NCBI GenBank assembly: GCA_040326155.1
Contig: JBEQLE010000064.1
Span: 1-24,896 of the forward strand
Direction: 5' to 3'
DNA length: 24,896 bases
Origin: Leptospirales bacterium
GTDB lineage: Bacteria; Spirochaetota; Leptospiria; Turneriellales; JAOUFE01
The position numbers and the translations under genes are program-made. This document shows, one piece after another, positions 9,121-17,696 of this stretch (position 1 is its first letter; every line of letters starts with the position of its first letter). Under the pieces are notes generated by a model. It saw only the letters and a program-made list of their open reading frames with translations. It did no database searches and had not been told where the DNA came from.

Positions 9121-9386
9121 AAAAGGGGGCGCAGGTATCGTTGTCCTTCTTTTTATTTTCAAAAAAATAAAAACCAATACAGACCCCCTTGGTTTGTTAT
9201 TATTGTTGGTTGCTACGCGCTCAACAAAAATAACAAACCCCCTTGGTTCCGGCTTTTCGGCTGTTTTTGAGCGCCAATTGCCTTTGGCAATCGATGCATT
9301 TAATTGCGCCGAAAGAGCCTCCGCCAACCCACTGGTTGTCTACGACCCGGCGCAAAGGCCCCGGTTCTTCGCCAACCCACTGGTAA
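9121..9386 (-). repeat. Tandem array of four different hairpins separated by conserved junctions (expanded member of the G-run/hairpin family)
   Basis: Junctions are ACCCCCTTGGTT (9183-9194, 9237-9248) and CGCCAACCCACTGGT (9322-9336, 9370-9384). Inverted repeats lie at 9150-9173, 9191-9239, 9251-9319 and 9344-9367. Confidence 0.75.
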
Positions 9387-9432
9387 TTAAATTTCAGCGT
9401 CGCCGAAATGGAGCTTTCGTGAAGTGGAAGTG

Positions 9433-9627
9433 AACTTTAAACAGAAATCGAACGTAGTGACGAAGGTTCCCCGAACCTGGATTTTTTTAAACTAAAATAC
9501 CATGTAGCGATCGAAAATAAATGACATTTTTTTTCGAAAATAACTTTAAGCGGAAATCGAACGTAGCAGCACAAAAAAACCGCAGGATTTTTTTGTACAC
9601 TAAAAATGAAAAAAAATCGAACTTTTG
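9433..9627 (+). repeat. Repeat B region upstream of the RHH gene with three AAATCGAAC boxes; 9493-9610 is duplicated at 14141-14255
   Basis: AAATCGAACGTAG occurs at 9445 and 9554, and AAATCGAACTTT at 9614. The 43-bp core 9554-9596 differs from 14201-14243 at 2 positions. Confidence 0.85.
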
Positions 9628-9642
9628 CCTATTACACTTACT

Positions 9643-10206
9643 ATGAAGAACAAAAGTACGTATAGAAAGCTGAAGATACCGATTGATAATGTTTTAGAAA
9701 TTCGCTTGCCATATTTAACCTGGAAAAAGATAAAGTGGGTGGCAGTCGGGAAAAATCGAAGTTGCTCGTGGGTGGTCCGCTACACTATTTTTAGAATGAT
9801 TAAGCGACATGGACCGTTACATCGGGGTGTTGAAATTGCGGGAGCTCGATCTAAAAAGATTGCGAAGTTAAACGAGCAAGTGCGAGAGGAAAGAATGGAT
9901 AGCAAGAAAAAACACAGGCACAGGTTGTGTCTTTATGGACAGGACGAATTGTTTATTCGAATTGCCGCTGCAAAAATGGGCTGTAGTATGACTCATTTGG
10001 TACGTTTGGCGCTTGCGTTATATTTGGATGATTTAGTGAGAAAGTTTCCGTCTTTCGGGCGTTCCAGGGATTACCGTGGCAGGTTTAACAGTGCGGCCTG
10101 GCGGTGTCTGGGTATCAAGATCTACCTTGGTGTGAGATTCCACACCAAGGCCGCAAGACACCAGCTCTTTGAGTTCACCCACTACAAACCCAGCGATTAT
10201 TGGTAA
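9643..10206 (+). CDS. Basic protein with two predicted ribbon-helix-helix motifs (reminiscent of Leptospira DUF1564-type proteins)
   Basis: Strand-helix-helix patterns LEIRLPYLTWKKIKWVAVGKNRSCSWVVRYTI and HRLCLYGQDELFIRIAAAKMGCSMTHLVRLALALYL. ATG 9643 is preferred over TTG 9625. Confidence 0.6.
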   Translation: MKNKSTYRKLKIPIDNVLEIRLPYLTWKKIKWVAVGKNRSCSWVVRYTIFRMIKRHGPLHRGVEIAGARSKKIAKLNEQVREERMDSKKKHRHRLCLYGQDELFIRIAAAKMGCSMTHLVRLALALYLDDLVRKFPSFGRSRDYRGRFNSAAWRCLGIKIYLGVRFHTKAARHQLFEFTHYKPSDYW

Positions 10207-10379
10207 TAAACCTCGAAACTGGCTCAATCTTGGCAATTCGGTTCCAAAAATAAAAACGCAAAGCATATGAGGCTCACCTGAAAAATGTATATGGACATTT
10301 TTTTGACCAGTTGTCCATGGCAGCTAACTTATTATGTAAAGTATTAAATTCAACTTATTGTGCTAAATCGGACACCGGT

Positions 10380-11744
10380 TCATGTTTTCTTTCTCTGGGT
10401 TTTTCTGAAAAATAGCAAACCCATCAGCATCGCTAGTAACGCTAAAATACCAAATGTCGGCGACGACATTGTAGAAACGGTATCAACCTCAAGGGAAAAA
10501 TACTCTTTTGATTTCAGCACTTCTTCTTGCTTTTTCTGTAGAGCGATCTTCTGGGTCTCATTCTCCAGCGCAATATACGAAGTAACCTGACTTAAAATTC
10601 CCGATTCAAAACTTAGAGCCAGCATGCTATGCCACGCTCGGGGCCATTTACCGGGGTTTAAAAACTTAAACGTATTCATTCCATCCAGATAAAATCCCTT
10701 TTCCAGTTTTGTAAAATTCTTTGCGGTTGGCTCGATTTCCATAATACCGGGTTGACAATAAATATCTGGTTTTTCATTTCGTCGCGCCAGATGAATAGCC
10801 TGGTCATTGCCTAAGTTCACGGTTTTATGAAAAAACAGTTTATTCAGCAGGGCTGGTTTTACAAGAGCCCCGGAGGACAAGGGGTGGGAGTACAACCCTC
10901 CTTTTTGATACAGAAAAAAATCGTCCACCTCGGGAAATAAAAACTTTAACGGTGAAAGATTTTCTTCCCATAAAGAATTTTCAAACTCATCGGTTAAAAT
11001 AACAAACACCGGAAACTTCCGAAGGTTATTTTCTTTATAAAATTGATAACTCAAATATCGTATGGCGCGGTTGAGCATAAACCCTCCCTCTTTTGGCAGG
11101 GGTATCTGTTCAAATTCCAAGTCTTTGTTTATCTTCCCGTTTTTCATAAAACCAAAAGAACGGGTGGTTCCGACTTTATAATTTACAAAAGATATTTTGT
11201 AGCCGAAATTCCCGATCAGGTTTTTCTTTTGTATATTCTGAATTATTGTCTGAACTGATTTCACATCCATTTTACTTTGGCCAGAGTAGTCCACAATAAA
11301 ATGAAAATAAGGTTTTCTGGAGACAGCCGGTAATATATTTTTTTGCCGGGAGCTCACATAACGGCATAGATCGTTTTTGTTTGATTGTATTTTTGGTATT
11401 TTTTTTAATGTTTTTTCATTGGGGAACAAAGCAATTTTCTGGTTATTTAAATACAACGTTACAGGTTCAGCATGAATCACCTCTATGCCCGTTGTTCTCA
11501 ATTGCCGCTTCTCGAATGGAAAAATTCGTAAATTCAGTTTATTCTTTGAAGTATAATACAAAATTCCAGGATCTTTTTTCGCCTGGGTAATTTGTCGATA
11601 TGTCCAGAGGGCCGATTTTTTTTCTGCCAGAATACCTTGTTCTTTTCGCTCGCCTATTTTCAAATAATAATCGGAGATGTATACTCCATCCGGTATATGT
11701 AAATTGCCAAAAAACTCCTGAGGACTATTGAGTCTGTTTTTCAA
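10380..11744 (-). CDS. MSEP-CTERM-type exosortase K substrate, C-terminal part (frameshifted from 11741-13294)
   Basis: Family-like core IPDGVYISDYYL..GERKEQGILAEKKSALWTY..I....KDPGILYY......LRIFPF, and ESGILSQVTSYIALENETQK. C-terminus is MSSP + TM helix + RKTQRKK. The frame stays open upstream to the A7 run at 11772-11778. Confidence 0.8.
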   Translation of the reverse strand: MKNRLNSPQEFFGNLHIPDGVYISDYYLKIGERKEQGILAEKKSALWTYRQITQAKKDPGILYYTSKNKLNLRIFPFEKRQLRTTGIEVIHAEPVTLYLNNQKIALFPNEKTLKKIPKIQSNKNDLCRYVSSRQKNILPAVSRKPYFHFIVDYSGQSKMDVKSVQTIIQNIQKKNLIGNFGYKISFVNYKVGTTRSFGFMKNGKINKDLEFEQIPLPKEGGFMLNRAIRYLSYQFYKENNLRKFPVFVILTDEFENSLWEENLSPLKFLFPEVDDFFLYQKGGLYSHPLSSGALVKPALLNKLFFHKTVNLGNDQAIHLARRNEKPDIYCQPGIMEIEPTAKNFTKLEKGFYLDGMNTFKFLNPGKWPRAWHSMLALSFESGILSQVTSYIALENETQKIALQKKQEEVLKSKEYFSLEVDTVSTMSSPTFGILALLAMLMGLLFFRKTQRKKT

Positions 11745-13294
11745 ATCAACATGTACATTTGATAGATAATATTTTTTTCTTTTATGTATTTTGTTTCTGC
11801 CGTTATTTTATCTATAACCACAGCCCCACGGTTTCTACGATTGGCTCGGCCATTATTTTCCCGCAAAGATTCTGTTTCCCCTGAAAATCCCTTTACTAGA
11901 AAAGTCCGTTTGGAATCGGGAAGTAACATATTGTCAAAAACAATGGATTTATGCAAATAAGATAAAAAGGGAACATTTTTTTGTGTTTTCAGATCCAGAA
12001 TCGACCGCAACCTGTGAGTAGATACAGAAATATCATTTTCTTCAAAATCAGGTTTAAAAACATAATCCATGGCGGCATGAAGTTCCCACCGGTCTTTATA
12101 CATAGACAGAGTAATATACGACGGAATAATAGAAAAAATTAAAAAGCCAATTACCATCGTCTTATTTCGAAACTTCACCCGAGGCAGCCCGAAGGGGAGA
12201 TGAACCATGTCAGGCTCTTTATCGTTCTGTAAATTCAGGACATAATCTTTTTTCAAAATCTGGCTATGCAATACCATCAAAACGAGAGGCGTTAACATTA
12301 GAAACCCGGCGCCAAAAATAATAATCGCCGGAAAGGATAAAGGAAAAAAGGGCAAAAACACCAGGAAAAAATAAACCGTAAATGGGTAGGTTATCAGCCG
12401 CAAATAAAAACCAAATTTACTTTTAAATTTTTGCATTGCCGAAAACCGAGAAAATGCCTCCGGAATAAAAAGGAAAATACCATTTAAAATTGCCAGTATA
12501 TAAAAAGCTGGAAGAGAGAAATCACCAAAAGGGGAAAAAGGGATCGGAAAGTCTACAGGAAACAATCCCTCATTCAAAGCAAGACCAAGAAGGGGAAAAA
12601 GGATGGCCACCAAAAACAACAAAATCAGATAAACAGCCTCTGAGATTTTTCCTTTTCTTTTTTGAACCAGGCCTCTGGTCAAATATACCAGCAACACAAA
12701 AAATAAAACCAGACTGACAATAATGAGAATGGAAATTAGATGCCCACTCACATCCACGCGATACTTACGTAAGGGTAAAATGATATTGAAAAACAGATAC
12801 CACAATGACGGAATCAAAACCATCCCCAGAACGGGAACCAGCGCCTTGAATGGTTTACTTCTTCTTAATAATTTATCTACAATAAAAGAAATGGAAAAAA
12901 TAATTCCCGGAGAAAATATCATAATCGGGTAGACAGTAAATAAATCGCGATCAAAAACCCAGCGCGGTATTTCCCAGGGAAACAGGAGATCAAAAAAATG
13001 AAAGTAAATATACATGAAAGCGATGTACGCCGGCAATAACAGCACAGAATAAAGGGTTGAGATATTTTTCTTTTTTTTCCAAACCCAAATTGCATATAAC
13101 AAAGGCGGTAAGAAAATAAAGAGATACGCTATGCTAAACTTTTTCCACAGAAAAATGGTTTCGGGCTTTAACAAAGGCGCAATGGTATCGTAAACATCGT
13201 AAAAAAATAACCATAAAAATCCCAGTGGAATACTCGAGGTGAGTAAAATCCAGACAGGCCTGTTTATGGCAAAAGAGAGTCGATTAGTATTCAT
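11741..13294 (-). CDS. MSEP-CTERM-type exosortase K substrate, N-terminal multi-TM part (frameshifted)
   Basis: About 10 hydrophobic helices, with motifs FPLLGLALN, FGDFS...FYILAILNG and PFTVYFFLVFLPFFPLS..AIIIFGAGFLMLTP. The start overlaps the xrtK stop (ATGA). Confidence 0.8.
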   Translation of the reverse strand: MNTNRLSFAINRPVWILLTSSIPLGFLWLFFYDVYDTIAPLLKPETIFLWKKFSIAYLFIFLPPLLYAIWVWKKKKNISTLYSVLLLPAYIAFMYIYFHFFDLLFPWEIPRWVFDRDLFTVYPIMIFSPGIIFSISFIVDKLLRRSKPFKALVPVLGMVLIPSLWYLFFNIILPLRKYRVDVSGHLISILIIVSLVLFFVLLVYLTRGLVQKRKGKISEAVYLILLFLVAILFPLLGLALNEGLFPVDFPIPFSPFGDFSLPAFYILAILNGIFLFIPEAFSRFSAMQKFKSKFGFYLRLITYPFTVYFFLVFLPFFPLSFPAIIIFGAGFLMLTPLVLMVLHSQILKKDYVLNLQNDKEPDMVHLPFGLPRVKFRNKTMVIGFLIFSIIPSYITLSMYKDRWELHAAMDYVFKPDFEENDISVSTHRLRSILDLKTQKNVPFLSYLHKSIVFDNMLLPDSKRTFLVKGFSGETESLRENNGRANRRNRGAVVIDKITAETKYIKEKNIIYQMYMLI

Positions 13295-13836
13295 TTTTTC
13301 TCCTGTAGACTGATATTCCCGGTTTTTCGAAGTGAATTCAAATACATACTTATGGTAAGAAGTACAGTGAAAAAAATGAATACCCCGAAAGCCTCATGAA
13401 GGTTAATCCAGTCCGTTGGCATTCCAAAATATTCATATTTTTCCAGAATAATCAAACCATGAATTCGCAGACCATTTGCAGCAATTGTTGCTGCATAACC
13501 AAAGCCCACCATATAAAAAATATTTCTTATATTTCCGGGTCTCTGAATGAATAACGAAAAAGACAATATATAAATACTTATTAATATAAAATAGTTCAAC
13601 CCGGAACAAGAGGAGTCGATAAGGACGTTTAAATCAGGAAAATAATAACCCTGGTCTGCAATAAAAACATATGGTGAAGACGTAAAAAACAATATAAACA
13701 AAGCAACCGGCCACAACAACCAGATTAAAGAGGAAGTTTCCAATGTCGAGGAAACGAGCTTCAATAGCATCAAAGCTGCGATGGCTCCCACATATACCAA
13801 GTCAACTTTGTTCCACTTTATATTATTACCGATCAC
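13291..13836 (-). CDS. xrtK: Exosortase K
   Basis: Small multi-TM protein with the exosortase catalytic triad motifs IDSSCSG (Cys), ANGLRI (Arg) and LHEAFG (His). It is coupled to an MSEP-CTERM-type gene. Confidence 0.85.
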   Translation of the reverse strand: MIGNNIKWNKVDLVYVGAIAALMLLKLVSSTLETSSLIWLLWPVALFILFFTSSPYVFIADQGYYFPDLNVLIDSSCSGLNYFILISIYILSFSLFIQRPGNIRNIFYMVGFGYAATIAANGLRIHGLIILEKYEYFGMPTDWINLHEAFGVFIFFTVLLTISMYLNSLRKTGNISLQEKK

Positions 13837-14140
13837 TTCGTTAAGACGTAATATAAAGAATATTCCCGGTCAAGTAGAATAGTTCGTAAATGTTAATGAT
13901 GCCCAAGAACATATTTAGTTTATATTATATTTTGACCAGTATGTTTCATACAATGCATGATCTGAATCTAAACCTTGTGGGCTGTTCCACGCCATCAAAA
14001 GCGCGTTCAATAGTTTGAATGATTTTCTGTTTATCCATTGTGCGCGATTCATACCTTTTAAAACAGAGTGGTGCCTATTCTCGGGAATCTGATAAAATAT
14101 GTATTTTTACCTTTTTTGAGAATACCCCTTATATGACTAA

Positions 14141-14255
14141 TAAAATACCACGAAGCAGGCAAAAAAAAACCACGTTTTTTTTGCAAAAGACTTCAAACAA
14201 AAATCGAACGTAGGAGCATAAAAAAACCGCAGGATTTTTTTGTGGATTAAATGAA
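14141..14255 (+). repeat. Repeat B, orphan copy (~115 bp)
   Basis: TAAAATACCA...TTTTTTTT...AAATCGAACGTAGGAGCATAAAAAAACCGCAGGATTTTTTTGT...AAATGAA is colinear with 9493-9610. Confidence 0.85.
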
Positions 14256-14258
14256 GCC

Positions 14259-14324
14259 TTTTTTTTATATAAGGGGCAGACTTGCCCCTTATATAAAAAA
14301 AAAGGCCGGATATTACTCCGGCCT
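14259..14324 (-). terminator. Double hairpin, intrinsic terminator downstream of flaB (probably bidirectional)
   Basis: AGGCCGGA-N6-TCCGGCCT (14303-14324) is followed by a T-run on the minus strand. Adjacent is a 20-bp stem, T8-ATATAAGGGGCA-gact-TGCCCCTTATAT-A9. Confidence 0.8.
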
Positions 14325-14371
14325 CGAATGTTCAGCTAACGGTTTCCACTAATTGAAAACAGGGTGGAATA

Positions 14372-15217
14372 TTACTGTAAAAGTTGAAGCATGGCTTGAG
14401 GTTTTGCATTCGCCTGAGCCAGCATCGCCGTACCACTCTGAATAAGAATTTGTTTTGTTGTTAATTTGACCATTTCTTCGGCCATATCAACATCTCGTAT
14501 TCTAGATTCACTGGCAGTTACATTCTCATACGCATTCATCAAACCTTTTGCAGCATACTCTAGCCTGTTGTAATAAGCTCCCAAGTCAGCTCGCTGCTTC
14601 ATCAACACTTTGAGGCCTTCATCAATACGGCCAATCGTATCGTTTGCTTTTTGTGGCGAAGAAATTGAAACAGCTGTTCCATCTTCATTCGCTACTTGCA
14701 AAGTTTCGGCGTTCATTGCGTCGATGTATACGCGTTCTCTCTGGTGCATGTTCGGCCCCATGTGAAACCACATAGATGCCTCGGTGCTACCCCTGGCGAA
14801 ATCGCCCTGGAGTAGTTTCATCGTATTAAACTCTGCTTGAGAAGAAACACGATTCACCTCATCCACCAATTGCGAAACTTCCACCTGCATCAATTGCCGG
14901 TCATCTTCAGTGTATATACCGTTAGCCGCCTGTATAGACAGTTCACGCACACGCTGAAGAATATTTGACAGTTGATCCAGGTAACCGTCGGCAGTTTGAA
15001 CAAAACTCATACCATCTTCTGTATTTCTTTCTGCCTGCCTTAATCCTTTTACCTGGGTTCGCATTTTTTCTGAAACGGCTAAGCCCGAAGCGTCGTCACC
15101 CGCAGTGACAATCCGTTCGCCCGAAGATAGCCGCGCCAGACTTTTATCAAATTCCCAGTGCTGGAATTTCAACGTTTTATGGGCGCTGATAGCACTCAGG
15201 TTATGATTAATAATCAT
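14372..15217 (-). CDS. flaB: Flagellar filament core protein FlaB (flagellin)
   Basis: 281 aa. Motifs [13 protein letters not shown]...[37 protein letters not shown] and [17 protein letters not shown] is AAGGAG. Confidence 0.97.
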   Translation of the reverse strand: MIINHNLSAISAHKTLKFQHWEFDKSLARLSSGERIVTAGDDASGLAVSEKMRTQVKGLRQAERNTEDGMSFVQTADGYLDQLSNILQRVRELSIQAANGIYTEDDRQLMQVEVSQLVDEVNRVSSQAEFNTMKLLQGDFARGSTEASMWFHMGPNMHQRERVYIDAMNAETLQVANEDGTAVSISSPQKANDTIGRIDEGLKVLMKQRADLGAYYNRLEYAAKGLMNAYENVTASESRIRDVDMAEEMVKLTTKQILIQSGTAMLAQANAKPQAMLQLLQ

Positions 15218-15219
15218 AA

Positions 15220-15232
15220 GACACTCCTTGTC
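15220..15232 (-). promoter_or_regulatory. Putative CsrA-binding hairpin overlapping the flaB SD
   Basis: Minus strand GACA-AGGAG-TGTC places GGA in a hairpin loop 2 nt before the ATG. Confidence 0.5.
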
Positions 15233-15258
15233 CTGAATTTGAACGTTCGCTAAGTTGA

Positions 15259-15329
15259 TTCAGATCGGACGTCCAGGCAGCTACGCGTAAAAAAATATTA
15301 CGCGCGCTTCCTGGAGGTCCGATTTTGAA
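15259..15329 (-). promoter_or_regulatory. Long stem-loop in the flaB-flaB intergenic region / 5' leader
   Basis: Nested inverted repeats TTCA..ATCGGAC/GTCCGAT..TGAA, TCCAGG/CCTGGA, AGC/GCT and CGCGTAA/TTACGCG. Confidence 0.55.
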
Positions 15330-15443
15330 CCTCCAGGGGGAATGTCACAGCATGAGTTTAGTCAAACTTTAATTTACCCGTTAGCGGCCACTTATAAAGC
15401 GGACGCCTTCGAATAAACTAATAGTAGTATAATAACGTCAAAC

Positions 15444-15472
15444 AGCCCGGGTCTCCCGAAGAAACCCAGGCT
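15444..15472 (-). terminator. Hairpin after the upstream flaB (terminator or mRNA-stabilising stem)
   Basis: Minus strand AGCCTGGGTTTC-ttcgg-GAGACCCGGGCT (with G-U pairs), 17 bp after the stop, followed by a weak U-tail. Confidence 0.55.
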
Positions 15473-15489
15473 AAAAAATGAGATTTCTA

Positions 15490-16335
15490 TTAACCTAGAA
15501 GTCTCAATACATGTTGTGGTTGTTGGTTTGCTTGAGCCAACATAGCCGTACCGCTCTGCGTCAAGATTTGTCTTTTAGTTAATTCAGACATCTCTTCAGC
15601 CATGTCTACATCACGAATACGAGATTCACTTGCTTGAAGGTTCTCATATGCGTTCATAAGCCCTTTAGAAGCCATTTCTAAACGGTTGTAGTAAGCTCCA
15701 AGGTCAGCTCTTTGCTTACCAATTCGGTGCAAGGCACTGTCAATGATACCAATCGCGTCATTAGCAAGACCCGCAGTAGAAAGCTTTAAGATAGTTCCGT
15801 CTGTACTTTTTACCTGCAATGCTTCGGCAGTCATGGTACCAATGTATATGCGCTCTCTCTGGTGCATATTGGCTCCCATGTGCAACCACATAGACGCTTG
15901 TCTAGACCCTCTAGCAAAGTCTCCTTGTAGAAGAGTCATAGTATTGAATTCAGCTTGCGAAGCAACCCTGTCAATTTCGTCTACTAATTGAGAAACTTCA
16001 ACTTGAATCAATTGACGATCCTCGGGAGTATATATTCCGTTGGAACTCTGAACAGCCAGTTCCCGAACTCTTTGCAGAATATCAGAAGCTGTAGAAAGAA
16101 AACCTTCAGCGGTTTGAACAAGGCTCATACCATCTTCAGTATTTCTTTCAGCCTGACGAATACCCCGAATTTGCGTTCTCATTTTCTCAGAAACTGCAAG
16201 TCCGGAAGCGTCGTCACCAGATTTATTGATTCTCATTCCGCTGGAAAGTTTTTCCAGAGATTTGTTGGTTTCCCAATGTTGAAATTTTAGTACGCGTTGT
16301 GAATTGATCGCGGACATATTGTGATTAATAATCAT
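15490..16335 (-). CDS. flaB: Flagellar filament core protein FlaB (flagellin), paralog
   Basis: 281 aa with the same flagellin N- and C-terminal motifs ([37 protein letters not shown]). Strong SD AAGGAGG. Confidence 0.97.
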   Translation of the reverse strand: MIINHNMSAINSQRVLKFQHWETNKSLEKLSSGMRINKSGDDASGLAVSEKMRTQIRGIRQAERNTEDGMSLVQTAEGFLSTASDILQRVRELAVQSSNGIYTPEDRQLIQVEVSQLVDEIDRVASQAEFNTMTLLQGDFARGSRQASMWLHMGANMHQRERIYIGTMTAEALQVKSTDGTILKLSTAGLANDAIGIIDSALHRIGKQRADLGAYYNRLEMASKGLMNAYENLQASESRIRDVDMAEEMSELTKRQILTQSGTAMLAQANQQPQHVLRLLG

Positions 16336-16587
16336 TTGATTCCTCCTTGAACCATTTGAAAAAGTCAGTCCAGTGTACCCAACCTCTTGTCAGGTATTGG
16401 CTGGCCCGCCGATCGTTTCGATCGATAAACCTTTTCCTATGATTATTTTTCGGAAGATCTATAGGTCAAACGTAACACCCTACAGCTGAGGTTACGTCAA
16501 GATATACCAGGTTACATTAAGTTAGATAAAGATATGGGTGCAATAGACCCGAATTATAATTAAATACGATTTGAGATGTTTTTTTTA

Positions 16588-16614
16588 ATGTCGGCTTCTT
16601 TCAGGTTAACATTA
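16588..16614 (-). promoter_or_regulatory. Putative sigma28 (FliA) promoter for flaB
   Basis: Minus strand TAAT-N15-GCCGACAT versus consensus TAAA-N15-GCCGATAA, about 250 bp upstream of the ATG. A weaker candidate, TACG-N16-TCCGAAAA, lies near 16447-16474. Confidence 0.45.
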
Positions 16615-16630
16615 CTTTTTTTTATACAAA

Positions 16631-17512
16631 TTAGCCGTCTATGATGAAAATAACGCGACATTTCAGGATATTCGTTAAAGTTTCGGGGTGTCCCATAGCT
16701 TTTGCAGTATCTTCCCGAGAAAGTACCACATCTGTCTTATATTGGCCTCTAGTCGTTAAAGCGACTGTAAAATAGGGCCGAATACCGGCTCGAAGTGCAA
16801 TTTCAGCATCATCCATTTTATGAACATAGCCCACCAAACCCCTTTGTGCCCCTATTTTCTTTAAAATAAACTCGGGACCATACAACAAACGACCATTTTG
16901 CGAAAAAATTCTCGGAGCAAGTGCCTTGTTAATTTTCATTCCCCGCAAATCAATGACTATCCCGGTATAAGCAATGGGTACAACCCCAGCCCGGTACTCA
17001 TATTTCACCGTATCGTCCTCATAGGCTTCCCCAACATACTCCGGTTTTGTCAGAGTGGAATATTCGAGAATATGCCATGGCAACGGCAAACGCCGCAAAA
17101 GACCATTATCCCCCCGCAACGCAAGAGAAGCCGAAGACTCCACCCGATTATTACGAAAAATAAGGCTATCGATCGTCAAAGAATCCAGAAAAAGGGGATA
17201 TTCCCGCCGAAAAACCGAACTCGTATCAAGTAGATCGCGAATTCTCCTGGAATTATCGACAAACATACTTTCAATATCCATCGAAACCTTATGCAATATA
17301 ATCTCCCGCACTTTAGAACGAACATAGTAGCGCTCGTTAACCGCAAGAGATCGCGGCAAAGAGATCTCCGAAGAAATCATATACTTGTAATTTCGCCAAT
17401 AAATATCGAACCGATTTTGTCCGTTAGACAAATCAATGCCATAGCCGGCGTGAAAAGAAAACAGCGCCCCGATTAATACACATATAGAAAGAAAAAACCG
17501 AAATAATTTCAT
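16631..17512 (-). CDS. Conserved exported protein, LPP20-lipoprotein-like C-terminal domain
   Basis: Signal peptide. C-terminal motifs YTGIVIDLRG..ALAPRIF..NG..LYG, G.VGY, D.VLS.ED and CRVIFIID. Confidence 0.7.
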   Translation of the reverse strand: MKLFRFFLSICVLIGALFSFHAGYGIDLSNGQNRFDIYWRNYKYMISSEISLPRSLAVNERYYVRSKVREIILHKVSMDIESMFVDNSRRIRDLLDTSSVFRREYPLFLDSLTIDSLIFRNNRVESSASLALRGDNGLLRRLPLPWHILEYSTLTKPEYVGEAYEDDTVKYEYRAGVVPIAYTGIVIDLRGMKINKALAPRIFSQNGRLLYGPEFILKKIGAQRGLVGYVHKMDDAEIALRAGIRPYFTVALTTRGQYKTDVVLSREDTAKAMGHPETLTNILKCRVIFIIDG

Positions 17513-17561
17513 ATCTCAATTATCGACCATAACCCATTTTTTTGAACCTAAAATATGTGAA

Positions 17562-17652
17562 TGGGTGGCAGTCGCCCCCCTCGTTTCGGCTTTTTTGTTG
17601 GTGTCGCATATATGCGACACCAACAAAAAGATCCTACACTACCCCCCACGTT
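17562..17652 (-). repeat. Dispersed G-run/hairpin element containing a perfect 38-bp palindrome (17592-17629)
   Basis: Minus strand reads AACGTGGGGGGTAGTGTAGGATC-[TTTTTGTTGGTGTCGCATA|TATGCGACACCAACAAAAA]-AGCCGAAACGAGGGGGGCGACTGCCACCC. Confidence 0.75.
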
Positions 17653-17696
17653 TTCAACTTCAACCTGAATACTGGTTTCAAGATTAACGAAAGTTT

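Noticed and set aside
9118..9433. ORFs 9118-9327 (-) and 9194-9433 (+)
   Set aside because: Both are chance frames across the hairpin array. The repeated NPLG/ANPLV peptides simply reflect the DNA junction repeats.
10316..10342. dif-like site (TTATGTAAAGT arm); similar weak matches at 23054-23081 and 24738-24765
   Set aside because: Only one arm resembles a Xer site, and the spacer or partner arm does not fit.
13946..14038. 30-aa minus-strand ORF MDKQKIIQTIERAFDGVEQP...
   Set aside because: The start looks protein-like and may be a truncated gene remnant, but it is too short to support a call.
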